Of a stretch of DNA of 64,000 nt, positions 53,636-62,793 are shown piece by piece. The notes under the pieces are model-generated. The model made no database searches and had not been told where the DNA came from. It was given only the letters and a program-made list of their open reading frames with translations. Both the position numbers and the translations under genes were made by a program. The stretch lies in contig CAWCNS010000006.1 in assembly GCA_963796965.1 (NCBI GenBank), positions 481,179 through 545,178 of the forward strand, written 5' to 3'. Each line of letters opens with the position of its first letter. Positions within the stretch are counted from its first letter, which is position 1. This stretch comes from Calditrichia bacterium. GTDB lineage: Bacteria > Calditrichota > Calditrichia > JAJRVZ01.

Positions 53636-55603
53636 CTAATAGTGATATTCAATCTGAAAATGCAGATCTTGCCGCGAATTACCCTCTATTGTTGACAAGC
53701 CACTTCCCAAATGATCAACGCCATCAAAATTTATTTGACGGTATTTTATCCAAATCTTTAACCGTTTTATGGGCTTAACTGTTAATAAAACATACCATTT
53801 GTTTCCAGATCCAAAAAGTGGGAAATTCGAAAATACACCTGGTAAATCACTTTCGTATTCATAAATGCGGGAATCATAATCTATGGTGTTAAAAGAACTA
53901 AATTGCATTTTTATTCTCAGGTTTTCGTTGTGATTAAAATATATACTTTGATAAAAATTTGTACCACTCTTACGAGGAAAAACATCTGAATAATTAATAA
54001 AATTATTTTCAAAACGGCTACAAATGCGCACTTGTGTGCTGATATCTTTCTCTATCTGAAAACGATAACGATGTGCTACTCTTTGAACAGAAGAAGTCAT
54101 TTCCCCTGGATTCTCAGATGCTGAAGTATATTGATAACGGAGTGTAAATTGAATGGTTTGGAAAGGACTATATTGGGTTTGGAAATAAGTGGTTTTTTTA
54201 ACCTGTGGTAATGGTTGGAAATAGCTTCGCCAGAGTTCTCTCTCAAAGTACCAAAAGCCTGTTAACTTAATAGTACCATTAATCTTGCCAAAGGAACCCA
54301 AATAAAATTGTTGCAGAGCATTCGGAAAAGGATTTGAATTGGAAAAACTCCTTCCAAATGGTGACTGAAAATTCAAAGGAAAACGTGACCATCTGAGTGA
54401 AAACCCCCAGTCATTCAAAAGAAATTCCAATGAATGTTTATGGACTAAATTTTTTAAAGTAATAGGCACTATTTCTCCGTGCAATAAGAGATGTCCAAAT
54501 TGGCTGGCGTAGAACAAAGAATAGTTATTTATGAGAGATCCCTGAAAACGAAAGAAATCCCGTCTACGATATTCAGGTTGAATTTTTTGAAAACCAGGTT
54601 CATAAGTTGTTTTTACATAGGAAAAGCCAATTTGTGAAAAAATAAAAAAAGGGAAATGCCCAATGACGCCAGCGGAGTTCTCTATGACAGAATTCTGATG
54701 AGATAACTCCGAAATCGTACGATGATAACCACTCCGATCTAAACGAAGTATCGATAATGAACTATCTCCTTTGATAGCATCACGGTAATCTTTTGAATAA
54801 AATGCGACAAATTTAAAACCATTATCTAACCCAAATCTGACAGCTGCTCCCCAAAATCCATCATATTCATTGCTGCTAAGGTTTGTTCTCAGAGATAGGG
54901 GTTTATGAATACGGGGTGGTCTTACCATCGCAGTTTTTGGTAAAGAATACGTATTTGATAACACTAAACCCTCTGCACAACGAATAGAATAATTACCTAC
55001 TACTAAATGAACCGGGAGTTTATAAGATTGCCAGGAAACAAAACTTGAAAAATGATCAGTATAATAAATCTCACCAGGGTCTTTTTGAATCAAAAATCCT
55101 GCCGAAAAATTTCGACTTAATTTAAGATGGATTCGCGATAGACTTTCAGGAGCAGTCCCGAGATAGATTTTCTCTGAAAAGCCCTTGTTCTGATTAAGTG
55201 AATAACGAAGTCGATGTGATAACATAATTTGAGGAAAGTGAACCATCTTCTTTAAAATAATAAACGGGCGAATGTGTTTATATACATCGTAACTAAGCAG
55301 GGATCGTATCTGTGATTTGGATTTAAAAGGTCGGTAATGGAGAATTGAATCAATATGGGTTTTGGTGAGAAAAGGAATTTCCATAAGAATGTCTGCACTT
55401 TCGTTGTTAATATCGATTGGATTAGCCTCCAATTCTGCGATCCATTCATTAAGTTCACTTTGCTCATTTTCACTATCACTTAGTAGTTCAGGGAGCGGTT
55501 CGGATTGCCCAAATGCTGAGGCAGTGAAAGTAGATACGAAAAGAAGGATCAAAAGTCGTATAGACTTTTGTATCGATGAAAAGCACATAATAATTTGTCC
55601 CAA
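53636..55603 (-). CDS. ComEA-like helix-hairpin-helix + outer-membrane barrel protein
   Basis: NPIDINNESADILMEIPFL...ILHYRPFKS; QKDPGE; SGYHRT; YDSRIYEYESD; C-terminal FQIEYHY. Confidence 0.75.
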   Translation of the reverse strand: MGQIIMCFSSIQKSIRLLILLFVSTFTASAFGQSEPLPELLSDSENEQSELNEWIAELEANPIDINNESADILMEIPFLTKTHIDSILHYRPFKSKSQIRSLLSYDVYKHIRPFIILKKMVHFPQIMLSHRLRYSLNQNKGFSEKIYLGTAPESLSRIHLKLSRNFSAGFLIQKDPGEIYYTDHFSSFVSWQSYKLPVHLVVGNYSIRCAEGLVLSNTYSLPKTAMVRPPRIHKPLSLRTNLSSNEYDGFWGAAVRFGLDNGFKFVAFYSKDYRDAIKGDSSLSILRLDRSGYHRTISELSHQNSVIENSAGVIGHFPFFIFSQIGFSYVKTTYEPGFQKIQPEYRRRDFFRFQGSLINNYSLFYASQFGHLLLHGEIVPITLKNLVHKHSLEFLLNDWGFSLRWSRFPLNFQSPFGRSFSNSNPFPNALQQFYLGSFGKINGTIKLTGFWYFERELWRSYFQPLPQVKKTTYFQTQYSPFQTIQFTLRYQYTSASENPGEMTSSVQRVAHRYRFQIEKDISTQVRICSRFENNFINYSDVFPRKSGTNFYQSIYFNHNENLRIKMQFSSFNTIDYDSRIYEYESDLPGVFSNFPLFGSGNKWYVLLTVKPIKRLKIWIKYRQINFDGVDHLGSGLSTIEGNSRQDLHFQIEYHY

Positions 55604-55714
55604 ACCAGAATATTTAATTTGATAATCTGGATGAGAACAATGATTGTGCCAAAATATTTTAAGGGATATTATAATTTCTGAAAGAGCATCAGAAATCGGC
55701 TAAAAAGTAAAGAT

Positions 55715-55759
55715 TGACAGGACAATCGACCTGATCTCATAGGCATAATTGTCCTGTCA
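55715..55759 (-). terminator. Hairpin/terminator after the PrpD-family gene
   Basis: Perfect 12-bp stem TGACAGGACAAT / ATTGTCCTGTCA; T-rich tail on the minus strand. Confidence 0.6.
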
Positions 55760-55792
55760 TTAAGAGAAATATAAAAAAACGAAATATAAAAT

Positions 55793-57163
55793 TTAGGTGT
55801 GAAACAAATCCGTCAACTCGTTAACGTCTTGTAAATTTTCGAGATTTTGAATAATTTCAATGATTTTATCCCGCTTGTCTTTTCCGGTTTGTGGTAAGAT
55901 CATTGAATCAAATTTTGCGTATAATGTATCATCATCCATTGGTTCGCGATAATCTCCCAAAGGATAATCAATTTCAAGATCAAAAGAACGTCCGTCCTTA
56001 ATTATTATCTCGACGCCGGCCTTTTTCAAAGCCGGGAATGTCTTTTCATAAGCTGGATTTGCAATAACTTTTATTTTATTCAAATAAGATCTAAGTTCAG
56101 GATTCATTATTTTTTCATCGCTAAAAGACTTAGGGGTTACTGTGCCATCGACAATGCAGGCGGCCACACAATAGGGCAAACTATGATCAGCCGTTTCCCT
56201 GGTTCTGGGATCATATTTACTAGGATCTGATAAAATATCGGCTGCCCGGGCCACAGTATTAATTTTGACTTCCTTCACATCTTTTTTATCGATATTATTT
56301 TGACGCATTAATTTTATTACCGCAGACATGGGTGAATGAGTCAATGCTTCTGTTGGAAAAGCTTTCATTGAACATCTGGTGATTCGAAAACTTTCCCCCA
56401 ATCCATCGGTCAGAATATTTAAATCAAAACGATTGTCAGCCAAGGTATCAATGAGCCCCTCTTTCCCATCAAGCACATGTTCAGGTCCTTCATATCCACG
56501 CTGGGCTAACAGAGCAGCCAGAATACCAGCCTGAGTAGCCATCGGATCTACGGTGTTTTTCATCATGGTTAATTTCCCTGCAGTTACGGCACCCAAGGTT
56601 AGATTATGACTGGCGGAAATACCAGTGGCGTGAACCATCTGTTCCTCACTTAGCCCAAGAATTTTACCTGCCACAAGGGGAGAAGCAATTTGAGTAAGTG
56701 TGGCGTGATGCCATTTGGTTTCCCGAATCCCGGGAAATGCAAATTCACATAAACGTTGTTCCCATTCATAGGCTAATACTATGGCTACAATCAGGTCTTT
56801 GCCACTTTTATGAAGAAATTCAGCCGGTGCCAGAGCGGCAGGTATTAAATCACTGGGATGGGATGGATCTTGTTCCCAATAGATATCGTTATAGTCCAAT
56901 GCACGGATCATTAATGAATTGATAAGTCCAGCATTGATCATAGGTAATTTCTGGTTCGAATTAAAAACAGAGGCGTCCGCTTTCCCGCCCATCTCATTGA
57001 AAAAAGTCATCATGATCTTTACATCTTCCGTCTGGCTGCCGCCAAAAGCACATCCAATGGAATCAATCATAAACCGTTTGGTTAAATCAATGGCCTCCTG
57101 AGATAAATCATCATACTTTAAATCTATAGAAAATTTTGCCAATATACGTGTCAAATTCGACAT
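55793..57163 (-). CDS. prpD: MmgE/PrpD family protein (2-methylcitrate dehydratase-like; substrate uncertain)
   Basis: RALDYND, SHPSD, KWHH, GKLTMMK, KAFPTE, RETADHSLPY. Family-level call only. Confidence 0.85.
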   Translation of the reverse strand: MSNLTRILAKFSIDLKYDDLSQEAIDLTKRFMIDSIGCAFGGSQTEDVKIMMTFFNEMGGKADASVFNSNQKLPMINAGLINSLMIRALDYNDIYWEQDPSHPSDLIPAALAPAEFLHKSGKDLIVAIVLAYEWEQRLCEFAFPGIRETKWHHATLTQIASPLVAGKILGLSEEQMVHATGISASHNLTLGAVTAGKLTMMKNTVDPMATQAGILAALLAQRGYEGPEHVLDGKEGLIDTLADNRFDLNILTDGLGESFRITRCSMKAFPTEALTHSPMSAVIKLMRQNNIDKKDVKEVKINTVARAADILSDPSKYDPRTRETADHSLPYCVAACIVDGTVTPKSFSDEKIMNPELRSYLNKIKVIANPAYEKTFPALKKAGVEIIIKDGRSFDLEIDYPLGDYREPMDDDTLYAKFDSMILPQTGKDKRDKIIEIIQNLENLQDVNELTDLFHT

Positions 57164-57211
57164 CACATTCTCCTGAAAAAAATAAGTCAACTATTCGTAA
57201 AATTCCTCACT

Positions 57212-58330
57212 TTAAAATTTCCTGACAACTTCTTCGGCGACTTCTATGGAAGTATTATTGCCACCCATATCGTAGGTTTTGACTTTTTCTTCTTTAATCA
57301 CAGTTGAAATAGACTCTTCAAGTTTTTGTGCTAATTCTTTTTCGTCCAACCAGTCCAGCATCAATCTTGTGGTAAGGAACATAGCCATTGGGTTTACTTT
57401 ATATTGGCCCTCATACTTAGGAGCCGAACCGTGTGTAGGTTCAAATACAGCGTAATTGTCCCCAATATTTCCGGAGGATGCAAAACCTAATCCACCGACT
57501 AATTGAGCAGCCAGATCGGAAAGTATGTCACCAAACATGTTTTCGGCAACCATGACGCCATAATCATGCGGGTTTTTTAAAAGCCACATGGCCTGAGCAT
57601 CAATATTGGTTTCCCATAATTCGATATCGGGATATTTTTTTGCCACTTGTCGGGCGGTACGGATCATAAGTCCACCGGTTTCTCGTAATACATTGGGTTT
57701 ATCAACAATGGTAACGGTTTTGTAGCCATGTTTTTTAGCATATTCGAATCCCTGTGTAACAATATTGTCACATTTTTGCCGGGACATGAGGCGCGTAGAC
57801 ATGGCCAAATTATCTAATCCGTATTGTTTGAATTTACTCATTTTTGGGTGATATTTATCAAGGACATTGAAGACATCTTCAGGAATGGGATGAAACTCAA
57901 CCCCTCCATACATACCCTCTGTGTTTTCTCTGAAAATTACCAAATCAATACCTTCTTTATAGTTAAGTGGATTACCCGGATACGCTTTGCAGGGACGCAA
58001 GTTAGTATGCAGATTAAATTCTTGACGTAAGCGTACGATGGGGGAGAAATAGATATAACCTTTATCCTTTAAATTATCATCCAATTCCTCTGCTGCCTCC
58101 TCTTTTGGTTTTGAGGTGATAGCACCGAACAGGGCACAATCTGTATCTTTCATCATCTCCACAGTACGTTTTGGTAATGGCTCACCTTCATGCCTCCAGA
58201 ATTCCCAGCCGATATCCCCGTGGATATATTCGGCATCAAAGTTTAACGCATCCAGAACGATTCTTGTTGCTTCCATAACATCGTTACCCACCCCATCACC
58301 AGGTAACCAGGCGATTTTGTATTTTGGCAT
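57212..58330 (-). CDS. Beta-decarboxylating dehydrogenase (isocitrate/isopropylmalate/homoisocitrate family)
   Basis: LPGDGVG, ALFGAITS, SPIVRLRQ, RENTEGMY, KPNVL, NMFGDILSD, EPTHGSAP; AAGGAG RBS before ATG 58330. Confidence 0.9.
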   Translation of the reverse strand: MPKYKIAWLPGDGVGNDVMEATRIVLDALNFDAEYIHGDIGWEFWRHEGEPLPKRTVEMMKDTDCALFGAITSKPKEEAAEELDDNLKDKGYIYFSPIVRLRQEFNLHTNLRPCKAYPGNPLNYKEGIDLVIFRENTEGMYGGVEFHPIPEDVFNVLDKYHPKMSKFKQYGLDNLAMSTRLMSRQKCDNIVTQGFEYAKKHGYKTVTIVDKPNVLRETGGLMIRTARQVAKKYPDIELWETNIDAQAMWLLKNPHDYGVMVAENMFGDILSDLAAQLVGGLGFASSGNIGDNYAVFEPTHGSAPKYEGQYKVNPMAMFLTTRLMLDWLDEKELAQKLEESISTVIKEEKVKTYDMGGNNTSIEVAEEVVRKF

Positions 58331-58361
58331 GAATATGCTCCTTTCAATAAAATGATTTTTT

Positions 58362-58540
58362 GCCACAGAGTCATAGAGGTCTCGGAGAGTATTATACAAT
58401 CATCCTTTTAATTCCATCTTTGACTAAGCGTTTGTTAAAATTTATTAATAATCCTGGCCCCAATCCTTTATGAACTTCTATAGCACAACCAATAACCTTC
58501 TCTGTAATCATATCTAATTCCAACTCATTGTCTCTGTGGC
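58362..58540 (-). pseudogene. Internally deleted GxxExxY-family (PD-(D/E)xK-like) gene (58392-58523) inside a GCCACAGAG inverted repeat
   Basis: Translates MELDMITEKVIGCAIEVHKGLGPGLL|INFNKRLVKDGIKRMIV*, the N- and C-termini of GxxExxY proteins joined at GLL; GCCACAGAG at 58362-58370 and CTCTGTGGC at 58532-58540. Confidence 0.8.
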
Positions 58541-59077
58541 TTATTTAACCAGATCAAAATCGATAAAATCCACATGGTGGAAAATGATGGCTTCCGGGGA
58601 TCGCTTTTCACCACCACCCTCTTTTGAATGGACAGCGATTACATGCAAGACCTCTGAGGGGACATTATGTTTAAATGCCAATCCAACGCCGCTAAAAGGG
58701 TGGCGGATATGTTTTCCATAGTCACTTTTGAATACAGTCCCATCAGATTTTTTATCAAATTCAAGCAATTTACCGACATCTGCCAGTAGACTTCCCGCGA
58801 TCAGATGATCTCGATTTACAGGTGTTCTCCTTGATCCATAGGCATTTTCTAAAACATGATCCACAGCAATAGCCATTTTGGTACACGTTCTTACATGCTC
58901 AATAAACATTATATTTACATTTTCAGCAAGAAGGGTAAAGGGAATGCTTCGCAATTCTTCCACTTGCCAGTTTCTGTATGCCATCGCTTCAGCCCAGCAG
59001 GCCATAACCTTTTTACGCAGGTCACTGTTCTTTATTTCTCCTATTTCAGGGAGTAATTCTAAAACCTGATTTTCCAT
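58541..59077 (-). CDS. HD/HDIG-domain protein
   Basis: EHVR, LLADVGK (HD changed to AD), RHPFSG, HVIAVHS, HHVDFIDF. Confidence 0.8.
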   Translation of the reverse strand: MENQVLELLPEIGEIKNSDLRKKVMACWAEAMAYRNWQVEELRSIPFTLLAENVNIMFIEHVRTCTKMAIAVDHVLENAYGSRRTPVNRDHLIAGSLLADVGKLLEFDKKSDGTVFKSDYGKHIRHPFSGVGLAFKHNVPSEVLHVIAVHSKEGGGEKRSPEAIIFHHVDFIDFDLVK

Positions 59078-59114
59078 TGAAATTTCCTTTACTTTTAATT
59101 TTATTGTGCAAAGT

Positions 59115-59279
59115 GAATAAGGAATAGGGGAATAAGGTATCGAGACAATTTAAGGGTACTATGGATGGGAAATTTCTTTAAAAACTATAGTAGTGCAAAT
59201 TCTTTGATAAATTGCACTTAAAACGACTTGTAAATTGTGAATTTTACCCACCAATATTAAGTACCTTATTGCTTATACC
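59115..59279. repeat. Heptamer-unit inverted-repeat element
   Basis: GAATAAG GAATAGG GGAATAAG GTAT ... GTACCTTATT GCTTATACC; abuts the stop codon of the citryl-CoA lyase-like gene. Confidence 0.5.
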
Positions 59280-60057
59280 TCATACCTCCTTACCCTCTGG
59301 TCCATCATATTCAACGTCCGTGGGATGAATTTTACGCATTGGTTTATATCGCGTTTTTTCCTCATAGATATGTGCAACCAAACCCGGGACGCGGGCAATC
59401 ATAAAAAAAGCATTGGCAAAAATAACATCGAATTCCATTTCACATAAAAGGGCAGCAATCGCACCATCCACGTTGATCGGAAGTTTTTTACCTAAAACGT
59501 CTTCCAGGGCCTGCTCAAAGGCTTTTACTAGGCCAACATATTCTCCGGCAATTTTTAGATCATCGGCTAATTGAAATAATTTTTTTGTTCTGGGATCATC
59601 TGTGTGTAAGCGGTGACCAAATCCTGACAAACGTTTTTTATTATTGCGGTAGTCCGTGATTATCGTATTGGCAGCGTCAAGATCATTAGTCTTATGGTTG
59701 TTTTTATATGCCATGTGCCCCCATTAATATCCGCATGCATTCCTCTATGGCACCACCGTGGAATTGAGAAATTGCTAATATGCCAGCAGCAACAGAGGCG
59801 TTGAGTGGTGCCCCGGTTGAAGCAACGGTGATGGCGCTTAAAGCTGAAGGTGGTGTTGTGCCGTGATCTACAGAGGATACCAAAATGGCTTCAATCATCT
59901 TACCCACATTCTCAGGGGGTAATTCGCCTTTAAATAACAAATATACCATCTGTGGAAAACTCACGCTACCCATGAGGTCAGCCAATGCGTATCCCCGTAT
60001 GCTTATATTATTTGGTTCAATTTTGGTGATTGCTGTCTTCCACTGCAAATCTGACAT
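59280..60057 (-). CDS. Citryl-CoA lyase-like protein (minimal citrate-synthase fold); frameshift near 59715
   Basis: WKTAIT, IRGY, DHGTTPPS, HGGA, GFGHRLH, DPR, INVDG, ARVPGLVAH; about 259 aa when joined; GAGGAG RBS. Confidence 0.85.
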
Positions 60058-60094
60058 TTTATGCTCCTCTTTCATTTCGTATAAGATAGGCTGT

Positions 60095-60141
60095 AATTAG
60101 GAATTTGGAATTGGGTATTTCCAAATTCCGAGTTCCTAATT
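60095..60141. repeat. Heptamer-unit hairpin (GAATTRG) between trmB and the ccl-like gene
   Basis: AATTAGGAATTTGGAATTGG-gtattt-CCAAATTCCGAGTTCCTAATT forms a stem of about 20 bp with G-U pairs. Confidence 0.6.
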
Positions 60142-60155
60142 CCCATTCTCAATGT

Positions 60156-60924
60156 TTAATGACTTTCAAAAATCTCTAAGGCATCGTCGCCGAATTTTTT
60201 TGCCATTCGAATGGTATAGATATCGTGAATGATATAATCCCGGGTTAAAAGAATGACGCCTTTATTATTTGTCCAGAAGGCATCGCTTCCGCCTTTTTCT
60301 AAAAAGTGGGCCAGAATCACCTTTTCTCCATCTACCTCCAAGGCAATTCTTCGTGCACCCCGTTGCTGCCGAATCTGGTGTTCACGTCCATGCCGGTATT
60401 CCTCGCCAATACCAAGATGCATTTTTCCGAAGTGAACGATAGACAGTTTAACATCCCTCTCATGCGCATCCTTCAGAACTGCTTTAATTTCATCAATTTC
60501 TTCATCCCAAACAGAAAGATAAAGGGATTTATGTGCGTTCCCAATGAACTCAATAATCCGGCGCATGATTTCAGGGCGACCGCTGAGGTTCCAGATATAA
60601 TTATCATCTACTGATTCATTTTGGTAGATCTCGTTCAGGCTCGAACTCAAAGCATCAAATGTACGTTTATAATTTCCCTGAAAGCGTGAAATAATATCAT
60701 TGGGAGGAATAGGGGTATAGCGAACAGGCTCCGAATCAAGGGCTAGAATTACTTCCTTTTCTAAAAGTTTGTTTAATACGGCATAGATTTTTGAAGCAGG
60801 AATCCCTGAATTCTTGGCTAATTCATAACCGGTTACTTGTCCCTGTTTCAATAAGGGCCAAATACGCCTTAGACTCATATTGAGAAAAATCCAGGTTCTG
60901 GAGATGGTTTAATATCTTTTTCAT
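60156..60924 (-). CDS. TrmB family transcriptional regulator; frameshift near 60857
   Basis: ATG 60924 gives MKKILNHLQNLDFSQYESKAYLA; after the shift LLKQGQVTGYELAKNSGIPASKIYAVL; effector domain SLYLSVW. Confidence 0.85.
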
Positions 60925-60957
60925 ATTGCAATTATTATGACCAGTTTTGTATATTAC

Positions 60958-60969
60958 CTACCATGGTAG
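60958..60969. promoter_or_regulatory. Perfect palindrome, candidate TrmB-type operator
   Basis: CTACCATGGTAG, 34-45 nt upstream of the trmB ATG in the divergent trmB/citF spacer. Confidence 0.45.
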
Positions 60970-61055
60970 TGAACAATTTAAGCAGATAATTTCAATTTTC
61001 AAATATCGAGGTTAACTTTCTCTGAAAAAATTCTAATTTATGAAATGATTTTTTC

Positions 61056-61198
61056 AACCACAGAATGACACGGAGTAAACATATGGAATTATTGAATGCG
61101 GAGTGAGAAGGTTTTCTATACTTCATTTTTAGAATTTTCACTAATAAACGACGAACTCTTTTATTAAATTCTGTGTTCCTCTGTGTATTTTCGTGGTT
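61056..61198. repeat. 9-mer-unit inverted-repeat element
   Basis: AACCACAGAATGACACGGAGTAAACATATGGAATT ... AATTCTGTGTTCCTCTGTGTATTTTCGTGGTT. Confidence 0.7.
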
Positions 61199-61235
61199 AA
61201 TTATATTTAATTTTTTTTGTTGTGAGGTCTGAAGA

Positions 61236-62786
61236 ATGAGAATGATAACAAATGCAATTGGGCGGAAAATACCGGAAACTACGAATGGTCGTAAGAATCT
61301 GCTATTCAAAGGGATCGGACAATACCAACCAGATAGAAGCAAAGTGGGTCCGCCAATTCCATCGGGGAGCCACTATCAACAAAAATTAGCAAAAAATCTT
61401 GATGATGCCCTGGATAAGTTGAATTTGTTTGATGGTATGGTTATTTCTTTTCATCATCATTTGCGTAACGGCGATTTTCTGACAAATAAAGTTTTGGAAA
61501 AATTGGATACGCGGGGCTTAAAAGATTTGGTTCTCGCCCCATCAGCGTTGTTTCCTGTACATGAACCCATTGTTGATTTGATTAAAAAAGGTACCATTTC
61601 TCATATTTTAGGTTCGATGAACGGACCGATTGGCCGTTTGTGCAGCACAGGCGGAATGAAGAAGACGGCTATTTTAAGGTCTCATGGTGGACGGTACCGG
61701 GCTATTCAGGATGGTGATCTAAAAATTGATGCGGCATTTATTGCAGCACCAACAGCTGATGGTCATGGAAATGCAAATGGTGTACACGGACCCTCTGCCT
61801 GTGGACCACTAGGGTTTGCTCTTGCCGATTCCCTCTATTCAGATCAGGTTGTTGTTGTTACGGATAACCTGGTTCCCTTTCCTGCCTGGCCCTGGTCGAT
61901 CGAAGGGGGGAATGTGGATCTAATTGCCCCCATTGCGCAGTTAGGTGATCCTGAAAAAATAATATCGGGTACAACCAAGATTACAACGGATCCGGACAGG
62001 TTAAAAATCGCCTCAATGGCTGCTCAGGTTGTAAGCGACTCCGGAATTATTGATGAGCCTGAGTTTTCATTTCAGGCAGGTGCAGGCGGAATGTCGCTTG
62101 CTTTTATTCAATATGTTGCAGATTATATGAAGGAAAAAAAGGTTGTCGCTGACTTTGTCCGCGGGGGGTCTACCCAAATCCTTGTGGATATGCTTGAGTC
62201 TGGTCAAACGAAATTCATTTTAGATGGGCAATCCTTTGATCTTGCTGGTGTAAAATCTCTTCGGGAAAATTGGAATCATATTGAAACAAATCCATTTGTC
62301 TCTTATAATTATCACACCAAAGGCTGTTTTGCCCCACGCGTTAAAGCATCCGTGCTAGGTGCAACGGAAATTGATCTTGAATTTAATGTAAATGTGAACA
62401 CACATTCCGATGGTTGGCTATTACATGGTATTGGGGGATTCCAGGATGCTGCCGATGCCTATATGACCATTATTACGGCGCCCTTACATCGTAAGAAGAA
62501 CCCTATTGTTGTTGAGCGTGTACATACAGTTACTGCTCCGGGAGAAACCATAGATGTCCTTGTAACCGATCATGGTATAGCCGTTAATCCTAAACGGGCA
62601 GATTTAATTGACCGTTTAAAGAAATCAGAGCTTCCAATTGTATCTATAGAGGAATTACATAAAAATGCGATTGAATTTACCGGGAAACCTGAGCCGGCCA
62701 AAACCAAAGATAATATCGTTGCATTAATCGAATGGCGCGATGGAACAGTGATTGATGCCGTTAGGGAGATAGAGTCAAATCGATAG
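61236..62786 (+). CDS. citF: Citrate lyase alpha subunit / citrate CoA-transferase
   Basis: ISFHHHLRNGD, RSHGGR, ACGPLG, FSFQAGAGG, GATEIDLEFNVNV, GIGG, PGETIDVLVTDHGIAVNP, EWRDGTVID. Confidence 0.9.
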   Translation: MRMITNAIGRKIPETTNGRKNLLFKGIGQYQPDRSKVGPPIPSGSHYQQKLAKNLDDALDKLNLFDGMVISFHHHLRNGDFLTNKVLEKLDTRGLKDLVLAPSALFPVHEPIVDLIKKGTISHILGSMNGPIGRLCSTGGMKKTAILRSHGGRYRAIQDGDLKIDAAFIAAPTADGHGNANGVHGPSACGPLGFALADSLYSDQVVVVTDNLVPFPAWPWSIEGGNVDLIAPIAQLGDPEKIISGTTKITTDPDRLKIASMAAQVVSDSGIIDEPEFSFQAGAGGMSLAFIQYVADYMKEKKVVADFVRGGSTQILVDMLESGQTKFILDGQSFDLAGVKSLRENWNHIETNPFVSYNYHTKGCFAPRVKASVLGATEIDLEFNVNVNTHSDGWLLHGIGGFQDAADAYMTIITAPLHRKKNPIVVERVHTVTAPGETIDVLVTDHGIAVNPKRADLIDRLKKSELPIVSIEELHKNAIEFTGKPEPAKTKDNIVALIEWRDGTVIDAVREIESNR

Positions 62787-62793
62787 AAAAAAT

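Noticed and set aside
60992..61342. Short ORFs in the track such as 60992-61342, 48036-48290, 39771-39953 and antisense ORFs inside genes
   Set aside because: They overlap repeats, terminators or real genes on the opposite strand, and show no RBS or protein-like motifs.
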